DNA from: Nitrospirota bacterium
GTDB lineage: Bacteria > Nitrospirota > Nitrospiria > Nitrospirales > Nitrospiraceae
NCBI GenBank assembly: GCA_963701855.1
Contig: CAVPBK010000006.1
Location: forward strand, 96,001 to 160,000
Direction of reading: 5' to 3'
DNA length: 64,000 nucleotides
Made by a program: the position numbers and the translations under genes. The notes beneath the pieces are model-generated. The model searched no databases, had not been told where the DNA came from, and saw nothing but the letters and a program-made list of their open reading frames with translations. This document shows positions 39,829 through 50,333 of this stretch, piece after piece (positions within the stretch are counted from its first letter, which is position 1; each line of letters begins with the position of its first letter).

Positions 39829-41229
39829 ATGCTCCGACTGCTCACCACCATCTTCCTCGTCAGCGCCGGAATCTTCCTCTACAGCTATGCACGCGAGTTG
39901 AATCCGGGGGCAGTCACAGTCCGAACCAGTCCCTCCCTCCAGTTTGAACTGAGCCCCGTCACGCTCGTCGTCTTTTCTATGGCAGTCGGTGCTGTGCTCG
40001 TGGCCTTGGCAGTCGGCATGCGGCAAACCGCCCACGTCATCGGCAACTGGCGCAGCACGCGGCTGTTGCGGCGCAAAGAAAAGATCGATGCGCTCCATCG
40101 TGAAGGCACCCATGCCATCATGTCAAAACGCACCGTCGAAGCCATCGGCCTGTTCGAACGGGCGCTGGCCATGGACCCAAATCGTGTCGACTCACTGCTC
40201 TGGCTGGGAAACATTTACCGTGTAGAAAACAACTTCGCTGAGGCGATCCGCCTCCATCAACGAGCGAATCGCGTTGACGAGCGCAACATTGAAATTCTGC
40301 TGGAATTGGCCAACGACTTGGAGGGCGCCAAGCGCTATGAGGACGCCCTACAGACCCTGCACAAGATGCTCAAGGTCGAACCGGATAACCTCACCGCGCT
40401 CATCCGCAAGCGCGATCTGTTGATCAGGCTCGAAAAATGGAGCGAGGCGCTCGAAATCCAACATCGTCTCCTGAAGGCCAATCTGCCTGAGACTGAACGC
40501 AAGGCCGAGGCCCGTCTCCTCACTGGCTGCACATACGAGGTCGGGCGTCAACTGCTGGAACGAGGCCATCCCGATAAGGCACGGCGCTATTTCCGCGGCG
40601 CCATTAAGAAAGACCGGACATTCTTGCCGGCCTACGTCGGCATCGGCGAAATCTTGATCCGCGAAGGCAAGACCAAACAGGCCGTAGAAATTCTCAAGAA
40701 GATCTATGCCAAAACCCGCAGTAACATCATCCTGCACCGACTCGAAGAACTCTTTCTCGAACAGGGCGAACCCAGCGAAATTATCCGTGTCTACCAGGAG
40801 GCCCTCCGGCAAGACCCGAATAACCCTGCCCTGCAGTTCTATTTAGGCAAGCTCTACTACCGACTAGAAATGGTCGACGAAGCCTTCGACATCCTCTCGA
40901 CCGTCGAAGGAGTACAGGACCAATTGGCCGATTACCATAAGATCATGGCCAATCTCTATTTGCGCAAGCAGCAGATGGAGGAGGCCGTCGCCGAACTCAA
41001 GAAAGCCCTCCATTTCAAGAAACGTGTGGTCGTCCCCTATGTCTGCACCGCCTGCAGCCAAGAGTCGACCGAATGGTCTGGACGCTGCCGTCGCTGTGGA
41101 ACCTGGAATACATTGGTCGCACTGCCTTTGCCGAACGACGGGCAGGCGGTCCCCGGTCAAGATAGCAGCCCCCTCCCAGTCTCAGCAGTTCCCTACCAGG
41201 GCATTGCTTCTCCCTTCGAAACCGTGTAG
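39829..41229 (+). CDS. LapA/LapB-like TPR protein with C-terminal rubredoxin motif
   Basis: N-terminal TMs, many TPRs, YVCTAC...W..RCRRCGTW. Confidence 0.8.
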   Translation: MLRLLTTIFLVSAGIFLYSYARELNPGAVTVRTSPSLQFELSPVTLVVFSMAVGAVLVALAVGMRQTAHVIGNWRSTRLLRRKEKIDALHREGTHAIMSKRTVEAIGLFERALAMDPNRVDSLLWLGNIYRVENNFAEAIRLHQRANRVDERNIEILLELANDLEGAKRYEDALQTLHKMLKVEPDNLTALIRKRDLLIRLEKWSEALEIQHRLLKANLPETERKAEARLLTGCTYEVGRQLLERGHPDKARRYFRGAIKKDRTFLPAYVGIGEILIREGKTKQAVEILKKIYAKTRSNIILHRLEELFLEQGEPSEIIRVYQEALRQDPNNPALQFYLGKLYYRLEMVDEAFDILSTVEGVQDQLADYHKIMANLYLRKQQMEEAVAELKKALHFKKRVVVPYVCTACSQESTEWSGRCRRCGTWNTLVALPLPNDGQAVPGQDSSPLPVSAVPYQGIASPFETV

Positions 41230-41301
41230 GTTTTCTACCTGACGTACGCGCAGCCATCCGCATTGCAGTCAAGACAACCTCTACAGATGATGGAGCCTCC
41301 C

Positions 41302-42348
41302 ATGGTGGTCGACTATCAGGATTTCGCTGCCAAAGCCTTGCGCGACGAGACGCTGACCAGAAGCGAATGCCAGGCCGTTCTCGATACTCCTGATGAGCAA
41401 TTACTGGAACTCCTCCAAGCCGCCTTTACCGTCCGATCCCGTTATTTCGGCAAAACCGTTCGCCTCCAGATGTTGCAGAACGCCAAGAGCGGGGCCTGCC
41501 AGGAAGACTGCCACTACTGTTCCCAATCTGCGATCTCCACCGCCCCCATCGAGCGCTATAACCTCTTGCCGCAAAAAGAGATGATCGACGGAGCCCGGCA
41601 AGCGGCGGCCTCAAAGGCCCAACGCTATTGCATCGTCATCAGCGGTCGGAGTCCCTTGGATCGAGAAATCGACGAAATCGCAGGAGCCGTCCGTTCGATC
41701 AAGCAGGAGATTCCGATTCAGATCTGCTGCTCGCTGGGCCTCATGAATGAGCAACAGGCCAAGCGACTGAAGGCGGCGGGAGTCGATCGGGTGAACCACA
41801 ACTTGAACACGAGCGAAGCCTTTCACACCTCTATCTGCACCACGCATACCTTCCAAGACCGGCTCAGCACCATCCGAAACGCCCGAGCGGCAGGATTGGA
41901 AATCTGCTCCGGCGGGATCGTGGGAATGGGAGAGAAAGACGAAGACCTCATCGACCTAGCGATGGCCCTAATCGAGGTAAAGCCGGACTCAATCCCGTTG
42001 AACACACTCCATCCAGCGACAGGCACACCGCTAGAAAACTGTGATAACCTGACTCCTCAACGCTGCTTGAAAGTGCTCTGCCTGTTCCGATTCCTGCACC
42101 CACGCACAGAACTCCGCGTGGCCGGAGGCCGCGAACACAATTTGCGCAGTCTCCAGCCGTTGGCGCTCTATCCAGCCGATTCCATCTTCGTGAACGGCTA
42201 CCTCACAACACCAGGCCAGCCAGCCCCGGAAGTCTGGGGCATGATCGAAGATCTGGGGTTTAAGATCGAAGTGGACTACCAAACGGCTGCTGAAAAAGTC
42301 CCCCAGCTTCGTTCTCAGTCGCTCGAACCCCTCAACGTACAGCACTGA
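41302..42348 (+). CDS. bioB: Biotin synthase
   Basis: CQEDCHYCSQS radical-SAM motif, NHNLNTS, CSGGIVGMGE. Confidence 0.96.
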   Translation: MVVDYQDFAAKALRDETLTRSECQAVLDTPDEQLLELLQAAFTVRSRYFGKTVRLQMLQNAKSGACQEDCHYCSQSAISTAPIERYNLLPQKEMIDGARQAAASKAQRYCIVISGRSPLDREIDEIAGAVRSIKQEIPIQICCSLGLMNEQQAKRLKAAGVDRVNHNLNTSEAFHTSICTTHTFQDRLSTIRNARAAGLEICSGGIVGMGEKDEDLIDLAMALIEVKPDSIPLNTLHPATGTPLENCDNLTPQRCLKVLCLFRFLHPRTELRVAGGREHNLRSLQPLALYPADSIFVNGYLTTPGQPAPEVWGMIEDLGFKIEVDYQTAAEKVPQLRSQSLEPLNVQH

Positions 42349-42408
42349 GTACGCCTCGGGGTCCGAGTCTCCCTGCGGCCTCGCTGAACGCCTTTTTGAG
42401 CAGCCTGC
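42283..42408. repeat. MITE/REP-like element, family A, overlapping the bioB 3' end
   Basis: GGCTGCTGAAAAAGTCC.CCAGCTTCGTTCTC ... TTTTTGAGCAGCCTGC, collinear with 3819-3943. Confidence 0.75.
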
Positions 42409-42482
42409 AATCTCTCTGGTCAGCAAGATTTTGGAGGCACTTCCAGGTGCGGAAAGATCAACGGACGAAAAAGAAATACCCA

Positions 42483-42620
42483 ATGGACAGCAAACAGTTT
42501 TCTCAAGCCGTCATGCGCGCACTCAGGAGAGCCGCCAAGGTGGCTCGCAAAATCGCACGAATGCATGGCACGCCGATCTACGTGTGGGAAAACGGCAAGG
42601 TCGTGGCGAAGAAGCCGTGA
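42483..42620 (+). CDS. Small basic protein, putative antitoxin-like
   Basis: ALRRAA...[17 protein letters not shown] resembles small partners of zeta-toxin-like ATPases (recalled, unverified). Confidence 0.4.
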   Translation: MDSKQFSQAVMRALRRAAKVARKIARMHGTPIYVWENGKVVAKKP

Positions 42621-42654
42621 GTAGGAAACGGTTCCAGCCACCCATCTCTCTCTC

Positions 42655-43025
42655 TTGAGGGAGGGATTGTCGCGCTCGATCGCGGCCATCGCATCGTCAA
42701 CCAGCGTGCCGATAGCCGGCTGCGGGGCGTTCGCTTTGAGATATGACCAGTGCGCTTCCTTCGGCACCCAGAAAATGCTGGCGGCTTTGTATTCGTCGGG
42801 ATCTTCAGGGTCAGCACCCTTCTTGCGCTGCGTTTCGAGCTCGGCATGCTTCGCCTCAAAGGCATCCGAGATCTACTTGAGGAAGATCAGGCCCAGGACG
42901 ACGTGCTTGTACTCCGCCGCATCCATGTTGTTGCGGAGGCCGTCGGCCATCTGCCACAGCTTGGCCTCGAAGCCGAGATTGGCGCCGGTCTCAGGCTTAG
43001 AATCTGCTTTCCTCTTGTTTGCCAT
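42655..43025 (-). pseudogene. hsdM: Type I restriction-modification methyltransferase (HsdM) 5' remnant
   Basis: [42 protein letters not shown]...[12 protein letters not shown]...[19 protein letters not shown] at 42873-42875; truncated. Confidence 0.88.
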
Positions 43026-43249
43026 TGATGGCATTGCTCCTTGTTCTGCTGCACGATCCGCGCACCACTGCCCACACGAAAACTCTGAGTAACTTTGGTG
43101 GCCGAAGAATACGCTTTTTACGGTGTGAAATCACCCGCCTTTCAGGGAAGGTGAGACGTGACAGGTGAGCGTTGTGCGTGAGGGGTGAACGCGCGGACGG
43201 TTGGACTGGTCAGTCTTGTCTATCTCGTCTGTCTGGTCTGTGAGTAGCA

Positions 43250-43389
43250 GGCGAAACGACTTCAGCTTCGTGTTCGTCGGCAAAGAGACGGACGTGTTAT
43301 TTCTCCGGGAGCGGCTTTCCCGGCTTGAGAAGGTCGCGTTTCCCAGCGTCAGAGAGGTCGTATTCCTCGCTGTCCTATGGACGTGCCAT
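43250..43389 (-). pseudogene. Probable DNA methyltransferase (type III Mod-like) 5' remnant
   Basis: Manual translation MARP*DSEEYDLSDAGKRDLLKPGKPLPEK*HVRLFADEHEAEVV resembles the Mod N-terminal GKPLPEKYRF.LF.D..EVELVW pattern. Confidence 0.5.
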
Positions 43390-43409
43390 ACACGATGATC
43401 CCTACTTCT

Positions 43410-44498
43410 TTACCTAATCCGGCTATTACCCTCTTTATTGCCCTCTTTTAAGGTTACTACCCTCTTTCGCCATTTTGCTCCTGGCCCGCGACCCAGGCAC
43501 TCGATTCGCCCGGCAGCCTTCAACTCGCGCAACAAGAGGCGGATCATGTCGCGGCTCACGCCGGGACACAGCCGTTCCACATCGGTGATGCCAAATTCGC
43601 CGCTGATGGTTTCAATGGCGTGTTCAACCATTTCGGTTTTTGCGCCTCGCGGGCTTGCCATCCGGCCGACTCGTTCTTCAAATTCCTTGCACGCGCGCGT
43701 GAGAATGTAGAGCAGAAAATTCATAGTCGGCCACGGATCGTGTTTACCCTCGTGCCAGCGCTGGGAACTTTGTTCGAGGACTTCGTAGTAACGCTCTTTG
43801 TTGTCCTCAATGATGCGCTCAAGGCTGATGTAGCGCCCGGCCTCGATGCCGCAATGGTAGCAGGCGAGCAAAAATAGCAGACGCGAGGTGCGGCCATTGC
43901 CGTCGCGGAACGGATGGATACACAGGAAATCGAGGTTCAGCGCGGCAGCGAGCACCAGCGGGTGCACCCATTTCTCACGCACGCCGCGCTGCCAGAGGTC
44001 GATCATCTCGGCCATCGCCCTGGGTGTGTCCTTCGCGGGCAGCGTTTTGAATCGGATGCGGCTACGGCCATCGGCATAGGTCTGGATGATGTTCACGTCC
44101 TTTTCTTTGTACGCCCCGGCATCCCAGATTTCTCCGCGCGACAGTTTGTGGAGCATTTTGATGGTGGCGTCGGAGATGGACAGCTTCGCGCCGTTCTCAT
44201 GGATGAGCTTCAGCGCGTCACGATAGCCGCGCACTTCTTGTTCGTCGCGGTCGCGCAAAGCGGGCTTGCCGAAGACGAGCGTGGCGATACGAGACTTGTC
44301 CACCTCCACACCTTCGATTCGGTTGGAAGACACAGCGCTTTCGATGAGCGCGTGTTCGCGCAATATCTTAAGTTTCTGCGGCGACTGGCGGGTGAACAAT
44401 TCCTGCTTGCCACGCGCCTCGGCAAGATCGGTCAGATACCACGTCGTCTGCGTGGGCAACGTGAGCGGTTCGGCGGCAAGTTGACGGAGCGTCATCAT
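43410..44498 (-). CDS. Fic-family protein with C-terminal winged HTH
   Basis: SSNRIEG, intact HPFRDGNGRTSR motif. Confidence 0.93.
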   Translation of the reverse strand: MMTLRQLAAEPLTLPTQTTWYLTDLAEARGKQELFTRQSPQKLKILREHALIESAVSSNRIEGVEVDKSRIATLVFGKPALRDRDEQEVRGYRDALKLIHENGAKLSISDATIKMLHKLSRGEIWDAGAYKEKDVNIIQTYADGRSRIRFKTLPAKDTPRAMAEMIDLWQRGVREKWVHPLVLAAALNLDFLCIHPFRDGNGRTSRLLFLLACYHCGIEAGRYISLERIIEDNKERYYEVLEQSSQRWHEGKHDPWPTMNFLLYILTRACKEFEERVGRMASPRGAKTEMVEHAIETISGEFGITDVERLCPGVSRDMIRLLLRELKAAGRIECLGRGPGAKWRKRVVTLKEGNKEGNSRIR

Positions 44499-45243
44499 GG
44501 TTTGCTCTTGTACTCCGTGAAACTCACGGCGAGCACGGCGAAATTTCTCGGCGCGTACGGCGAGTTTGCAAAGTGAGGGTGAAGCGACATTGGGATTTCA
44601 GAAGGCTTTGGGGCACAAGAGTAATATGAGATTGGGTCTTAGAATCATACATTCATCCAGAGATCGTAGGCATCACTGAGTGTTCCGTCCGAGATATTCG
44701 CAAGCAGACCAGGACTCGATGCAACCTTTTGTCCCGCAGGATACCCTTTTCCCCATGTGAAATCACCCAGCCTTTCAGGGAACGTGAGACGTGAAAGATG
44801 AACCCTTTGTCGTAAGGGGTGAGGGTGACGGTGGTTGGTCTGGTCTCTCTCGTCTGTCATGTTGATCGGACCACAAGCACCAGAGAAACCAGATAGACCA
44901 AATGAACAAGATAGACGAGTGCGCTGTCAACTCAGCATATAGCGTTCTGATTTCTTGGTCCCGTTGCGTTGGACCAGCCCTGCTTCGGGGACGGAAACAG
45001 TTAGTCAAGGATGAGTCAAGTTATGAGTCAACCTCTGAGCAATAAGAGAGCTGGTATCCGGAACCAACATCGCCTAGGAATCTGCGTGTAGAGAGAGCAC
45101 CGAAATATATCCGGAACGGGACGGCTCTCACTTGTCTTGCCACAGGATCACTCCCTAACGGCCACGCGAAACCTTTGTCTTACAACGCAATTATAACCCT
45201 ATTGCGTTGACACCCGTTTGTTTCTTGCTACAGTTTGAACACG

Positions 45244-46554
45244 ATGCTCACCATGAAATGTCCCGATTGTCAGGAGGACCTTATTCAGGTTCCGACAAGC
45301 CATGGCCCGGGGCTCGATGTCTGTTCCTCTGGACATGGACTCTGGCTCGATGTGGGAGAGGTGAATTTTTTCGTGGAGGATTACATCTCACTGAAACGGG
45401 CGATTGGTGACACGGGAGGCGTCGCGGTCAGGACAGAGACACTGTGTCCTCGATGCGGGAATCACATGGAGTCTGAGACGGTATCACACACGTCCTTCCT
45501 CAGCTGCGATTCCTGTCGCGGGTGGTGGCTACCTCACGGAAGCCTCAATCGTCTGAATGAGACCTATCGAGGCGCGGCGGTTCCGATCCAGATCCATGAA
45601 GCTGCGCTGTATACACAAGCTGCGGCAAGACATCGTGCGCTCAACGACACGTTTCACAATCAACCCAAGTTCAATGCGACACGCTCCAACCCCCAAGGCC
45701 TGTGGGTCTGGGTCCTGTTTTTCGGGCTCGCCTTCGCAATCGGAGGGATCATCTTCGTCTCTGGGATCGGTAAAACCATGAGAACCACTCAGTGGAGTCG
45801 GCCACCGGACCAACTTCTCTTATACTTGGTAGCTGGCACTGTGGGAGGATTCGGACTCTTCGTCTACGGATGGAAGGTTCGCCAACGGAAGCGCTTGATC
45901 GAAAGCATTCCGACCTCGACGATTCGTTCACTGGCCATGGGGTTGGTCGAGATTGGTGGGCAAGCACAGCCAGAGGGAAATCTTCTCTCCGCACCCTTCA
46001 GCGACCTTCCCTGTGTGTTCTTTTCCTATGCCGTGGAAGAGCATGTCGGGTCCGGGAAACATGCACGGTGGGAGACCATTGCGAAAGGCACTTCGGAGCA
46101 GCCCTTTATTGTACGCGATACAACCGGAGAGGTGCTCGTCGTACCCCTTGGCGCCGAGCTGATCTTGCCGGATGGGCGCACTTATCGAAACGATTGGCTC
46201 AGAGAATTGCCCCCCACTGCCATCGCCGGATTGAATCGACTGGGAATTTCGACCGAACGCTGGATAGGGAGCAAGACATTACGGTGCCGAGAAGCATCTA
46301 TTCAACCGGAAGAGCACGTCTATGTTCTCGGGACGGCCCTTGAACAGTCCGGCACAAAAGAACTCGTTGAGAACTCCGCTCGTCTGTATATCGGGAGCAG
46401 CCAAGACCATGAGTTCATTATCTCGGATCGAAGCGAAAAGGACTTATTGTCCCGATTGCATTGGCAGATGTTGGCTTATGGAGCAGGGGGCCTGGCACTG
46501 GCTGCAACCTGTTTGATCGTCATCTTCAGATACTACCTGACAACCGTGTCGTAA
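45244..46554 (+). CDS. Double zinc-ribbon + TM + GIDE-like domain membrane protein
   Basis: CPDC..C...GLWLD.GE and CPRC..C..C.GWWL ribbons; IESIPTSTIRSLAMGLVE, F.VRDTTG.VLV, FIISDRSE. Confidence 0.75.
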   Translation: MLTMKCPDCQEDLIQVPTSHGPGLDVCSSGHGLWLDVGEVNFFVEDYISLKRAIGDTGGVAVRTETLCPRCGNHMESETVSHTSFLSCDSCRGWWLPHGSLNRLNETYRGAAVPIQIHEAALYTQAAARHRALNDTFHNQPKFNATRSNPQGLWVWVLFFGLAFAIGGIIFVSGIGKTMRTTQWSRPPDQLLLYLVAGTVGGFGLFVYGWKVRQRKRLIESIPTSTIRSLAMGLVEIGGQAQPEGNLLSAPFSDLPCVFFSYAVEEHVGSGKHARWETIAKGTSEQPFIVRDTTGEVLVVPLGAELILPDGRTYRNDWLRELPPTAIAGLNRLGISTERWIGSKTLRCREASIQPEEHVYVLGTALEQSGTKELVENSARLYIGSSQDHEFIISDRSEKDLLSRLHWQMLAYGAGGLALAATCLIVIFRYYLTTVS

Positions 46555-46578
46555 CGTCAGACCAAAAGGAGCGCGCCC

Positions 46579-47166
46579 ATGAATACCACTTTACTGATCG
46601 GAAGCCTGCTCGTGATCGGAATGAGCGTACTCGTCGCCTATGTGATCGGCGTTTATAACATGCTGGTCCGGCTTGCCAATAACATCGACAAGGCTTGGTC
46701 GAATATCGATGTCATTTTGAAGCAGCGGCATGATGAGCTTCCCAAGCTTGTTGAAGTCTGTAACAGCTACATGACGCACGAGCGGGAAACGCTGGAATCC
46801 GTCACCAAAGCCCGTACTGCCTATAGCACAGGGGTGAGTATCGACGACAAGGCACAGGCGGAAAATCAGATCATCGGCGCCTTAGGAAAACTCTTTGCCG
46901 TGGCCGAACAGTATCCGGATCTGAAAGCCAATCAAGAATTCTTAGCCGTTCAACAACGCATATCGGCGCTGGAAAACACCATTGCCGATCGGCGCGAGTT
47001 CTATAATGACTCGGTCAACCTGTACAATATCGCTATCGAGCAAATCCCTGTGATCTGGGTGGCGCAGGAAGTCGGATACGGAGCGCGGCCATTGTTGACA
47101 GTGACGCTGGCCGATCGCAAGGACGTGCCGCTCGCTTTTGCCAATCGTACGGCCATGGCGGCGTAG
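46579..47166 (+). CDS. lemA: LemA-family protein
   Basis: YN.LV, AWSNIDV.LKQR.D, AVAEQYPDLKAN, R..YNDSV. Confidence 0.93.
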   Translation: MNTTLLIGSLLVIGMSVLVAYVIGVYNMLVRLANNIDKAWSNIDVILKQRHDELPKLVEVCNSYMTHERETLESVTKARTAYSTGVSIDDKAQAENQIIGALGKLFAVAEQYPDLKANQEFLAVQQRISALENTIADRREFYNDSVNLYNIAIEQIPVIWVAQEVGYGARPLLTVTLADRKDVPLAFANRTAMAA

Positions 47167-47215
47167 ACACACCATCGGCTGATAGGGGTAGTAAGAAGTA
47201 GCACATCCGTTCGTC

Positions 47216-47530
47216 CCCACTGTGCACGTCCAACGAGGGCCTACTGACCTTCCCCTCTCTGCCTAAGGGGAGCAGCCAGACTATCCTTCAGTGCGCGCAT
47301 CGGACGAGCACTGTTTTATCGTGCGCGTTCTGCGAGCAAGAAGGATAGTCTGGCCGCTCCCCTCTCGTCCCTCCAAGCTTGCTCGTTTTCCATTTCCAGA
47401 GTAGCGGCCTGGTTTGGTCCTCCACTGCGCACATTTCTTCTTATCAACAACCATCACTGAGTGAGGCCACCCCTGTTGGTCCCACTGCGCCCGTCGAGCG
47501 AGCACATTCTGATCGTGCGCGCTCCGGGAG
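47216..47530. repeat. Cluster of family C intergenic repeats
   Basis: Matches to 10605-10745 at 47216-47345, plus a further copy at 47483-47528. Confidence 0.75.
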
Positions 47531-47551
47531 CACCGGACCAATAGGGTGGCC

Positions 47552-50170
47552 TCACTCCTCCCGCAATCCATCCATGACCGGTTGCCGTGCAGCCCAGCGC
47601 GCCGGCCAGTAGCCGGCTACCAGAGCAGCCGTGAGTGCGAGTCCTACGGCTTGCAGAATGACTCCACCCGGAACCGTCATCTGGATCGTCCAGCCAAATG
47701 ATTGTTTATTGATCACGTGGATGAGCAGCAGAGCGAGCAGCAAACCTCCCGCAACGCCCAACGCAGCCCCGATCAATCCAAGATACGCCGCTTCCCACAG
47801 AACTAATCGCTCCACTTGCCTCGTGCTGGCGCCGATCGCCCGCAACGTGGCAAACTCACGTCGCCGCTCCAACACGGCTGTCACCAAGGTGTTTACAATG
47901 CCGAGCACGGCCACTAGCACGGCAATGGCTTCAAGGACATAGGTTAAAACGAAGGAGCGGTCGAAGATCTCGAGGATCTCATGCCGCAACTCGCGGTTCC
48001 GGATTACCAACGGTGGAAGCGTCATTCCATCCATCCCGGCGACGTGTGTCACAATCGACTGCCTTACTCGCTCGACATCGGCCCCGGCAGCCAGGTAGAC
48101 GGAAAATACCGTTACCCGATCGTCGTGCCATTGTTGCTGATACCATGTTCGATCCATCACCATCTTCCCGCCGTCGGTCGCGTAATCGTAAAAAATTCCC
48201 TCGACGGACACGGCAGTTGGTCCCGCCGGCGTCGTGATCGAGACCTTGTCCCCCTCGCGAAGCCCTAGCCGATTTGCCAACACTTCCGATAGGAGGGCGC
48301 CTCCGTTCTCGGCGGCTCGCCGCAGGGCCGCACTTGAATCTCCATGAACCATCAGATACCGGCTGCGCTGCGCATGGAGCCGAAGATCTCGTGACACCAA
48401 CGCCACCGGCTGACCCGCAACGTCCACATACACATCACGATAGGTATCGACCGCGGCAATGCCGTCAATCGCCGACAGGGTTGAACGCCAGGCCCCCGGC
48501 AAGGCACGCGAGGCCTGCCCAGACTGCTTCCCCTGAAGCCAGGATTGTGGCGCCACGATAAGATCGGCCATCACGGTTTCATCCACCCAGAACTCGACCG
48601 TGTCACGAAAACTGCGAACCATCACGACGACACCGATCATGATCGACAATCCCACCATCAACGCCGACACCGTCACGGCATTCCGGCCCGGATGCCGCGC
48701 CGTCTGGTCTGCCACAATGAGCCGGAAACTTCCCCCTAGCATCATCGTCTTGCTCTCCCGGCGAAGATGCCGCCAGCCCAACACCTTGATACAGATCGGC
48801 GCAAGACAGGAGAGGGCCCCTAAGAGACAGACCGTCGCGAAATAGCCAAAGAGCGGCAGGTCTCCAACTGGACCCATCAGCGAGCAGAGGCCTGCCAGCA
48901 CCAACAACCCAAGGCTGATCCACCCCCACAAGCCTGCCCTCAGCTGCTGAGTCGATTCATAGCCTCCCGGCGCCAAGGCGCGAACTGTCACAGTCCTTCC
49001 TGCTTCCACGCTGGGACCCAAGGCTCCTACCATCGAAACCACCGTCCCCAGCAAAACTCCTTTCGCTACTGACGTGAGGGTCAGCATGTCCATCGACAGG
49101 ATCAGCCCACTGGACGTGACCGGCGCATAGAGGTCTGAGACCGTTCGGCTGACGAGCGACACCAAACCCATAGACAGCCATACCCCGCCTAGACCTCCCA
49201 AGAGCCCGCCAAGCAGACCGAGCAGTCCCGCCTCCATGAGAAATAAGCCTGCGACCCGCCGCTCCGTCATGCCGAGCGCTCGGTAAATGCCTATCTCGCG
49301 CCTCCGTTGTGCCACAACAAAGGCGATCGTGTTGTAGATCAAGAACACCCCAACGAGCAGCCCGACCCAGCTCATGACCGAGAGATTGAGCTGGAAGGCC
49401 CAGACCATGTTTTCAACTTGCTTCGTCCGTTGTGCCGGTCGTTGCACAATGAGATGGGGAGGAAGAACCGCGCGCAGGGAAACGATGATGTTGTCGAGCG
49501 GTCGGTTGGGCGTCGTCACCAACTCGATCCGATCCAGCCGCCCGATCGATCGAAACAACAGTTGCGCCGCGGCAATATCCATCACGGCAAGCCGATCCCA
49601 GAGGGACGTGCCTGCCGCTTCGTGATGAATGAGCCCTGCGACTCGCAGCCGTACGACGCGCCCTCCCGTCATCACCTCGATGACACTACCAACCCCCAGA
49701 TTCCAGTCTGCAGCCACCTGACGGCCAAGATACAGCGCGTCCGGAGCCAGAAGCGCCTCCAGCGCCACGTCGGCATCAGCCTGCGAAACCCGAAAGCCAC
49801 GCGCTCCAGCCTCCGCAAGTAGATCCAGTCCCAATACCTCAAGCGCCTGGCCACGCATCTCCCCCTGGGCAAATACGACCGACTCTTCAATCACCGGAGC
49901 AGCGCTCACCACCCCCTCGACCGCACGAACAGCCGTAATCGTGGATTCATCCACTCCGAGATCATGGCCTGCAATTTCCAAGGTGGCTGGGCCGGCTACC
50001 GTCGTGACCGCTTGCTCGAAGGAGCGCAGGACTTGAATATTCGCCGTCCCAATGGCCACCGAGGCCAGCACCCCCAGTGCCACTCCAGCGATGCTGAGCA
50101 GGGTGCGAAATGGCCGCTGGAAGGCATGGGCACGAATCAGGGCGCGATAGAGCCTAAGTGGTATAATCAT
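47552..50170 (-). CDS. ABC transporter permease with duplicated MacB/FtsX domains
   Basis: RRREIGIYRALG and RRREFATLRAIG motifs, INKQSFGWTI (AttF/G-like). Confidence 0.9.
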   Translation of the reverse strand: MIIPLRLYRALIRAHAFQRPFRTLLSIAGVALGVLASVAIGTANIQVLRSFEQAVTTVAGPATLEIAGHDLGVDESTITAVRAVEGVVSAAPVIEESVVFAQGEMRGQALEVLGLDLLAEAGARGFRVSQADADVALEALLAPDALYLGRQVAADWNLGVGSVIEVMTGGRVVRLRVAGLIHHEAAGTSLWDRLAVMDIAAAQLLFRSIGRLDRIELVTTPNRPLDNIIVSLRAVLPPHLIVQRPAQRTKQVENMVWAFQLNLSVMSWVGLLVGVFLIYNTIAFVVAQRRREIGIYRALGMTERRVAGLFLMEAGLLGLLGGLLGGLGGVWLSMGLVSLVSRTVSDLYAPVTSSGLILSMDMLTLTSVAKGVLLGTVVSMVGALGPSVEAGRTVTVRALAPGGYESTQQLRAGLWGWISLGLLVLAGLCSLMGPVGDLPLFGYFATVCLLGALSCLAPICIKVLGWRHLRRESKTMMLGGSFRLIVADQTARHPGRNAVTVSALMVGLSIMIGVVVMVRSFRDTVEFWVDETVMADLIVAPQSWLQGKQSGQASRALPGAWRSTLSAIDGIAAVDTYRDVYVDVAGQPVALVSRDLRLHAQRSRYLMVHGDSSAALRRAAENGGALLSEVLANRLGLREGDKVSITTPAGPTAVSVEGIFYDYATDGGKMVMDRTWYQQQWHDDRVTVFSVYLAAGADVERVRQSIVTHVAGMDGMTLPPLVIRNRELRHEILEIFDRSFVLTYVLEAIAVLVAVLGIVNTLVTAVLERRREFATLRAIGASTRQVERLVLWEAAYLGLIGAALGVAGGLLLALLLIHVINKQSFGWTIQMTVPGGVILQAVGLALTAALVAGYWPARWAARQPVMDGLREE

Positions 50171-50333
50171 CTAGAACGAGAGAGCGGTAATAGCAGAACG
50201 ACACATCATGGATGAGGGCCTGAAGACAAATTGAATCGCCCGGGCCGGTAACTGAGCCCTGCACAAATTGGTCGTTTCGTTTACAGTCAAACAGACCTTT
50301 GCTAGACTCGCGTGAGTCGATAATAAGAGGTCA

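Noticed and set aside
44600..45200. Possible further gene fragments between fic and the GIDE-like gene
   Set aside because: Short frames with no family I can recognise; needs BLASTx.
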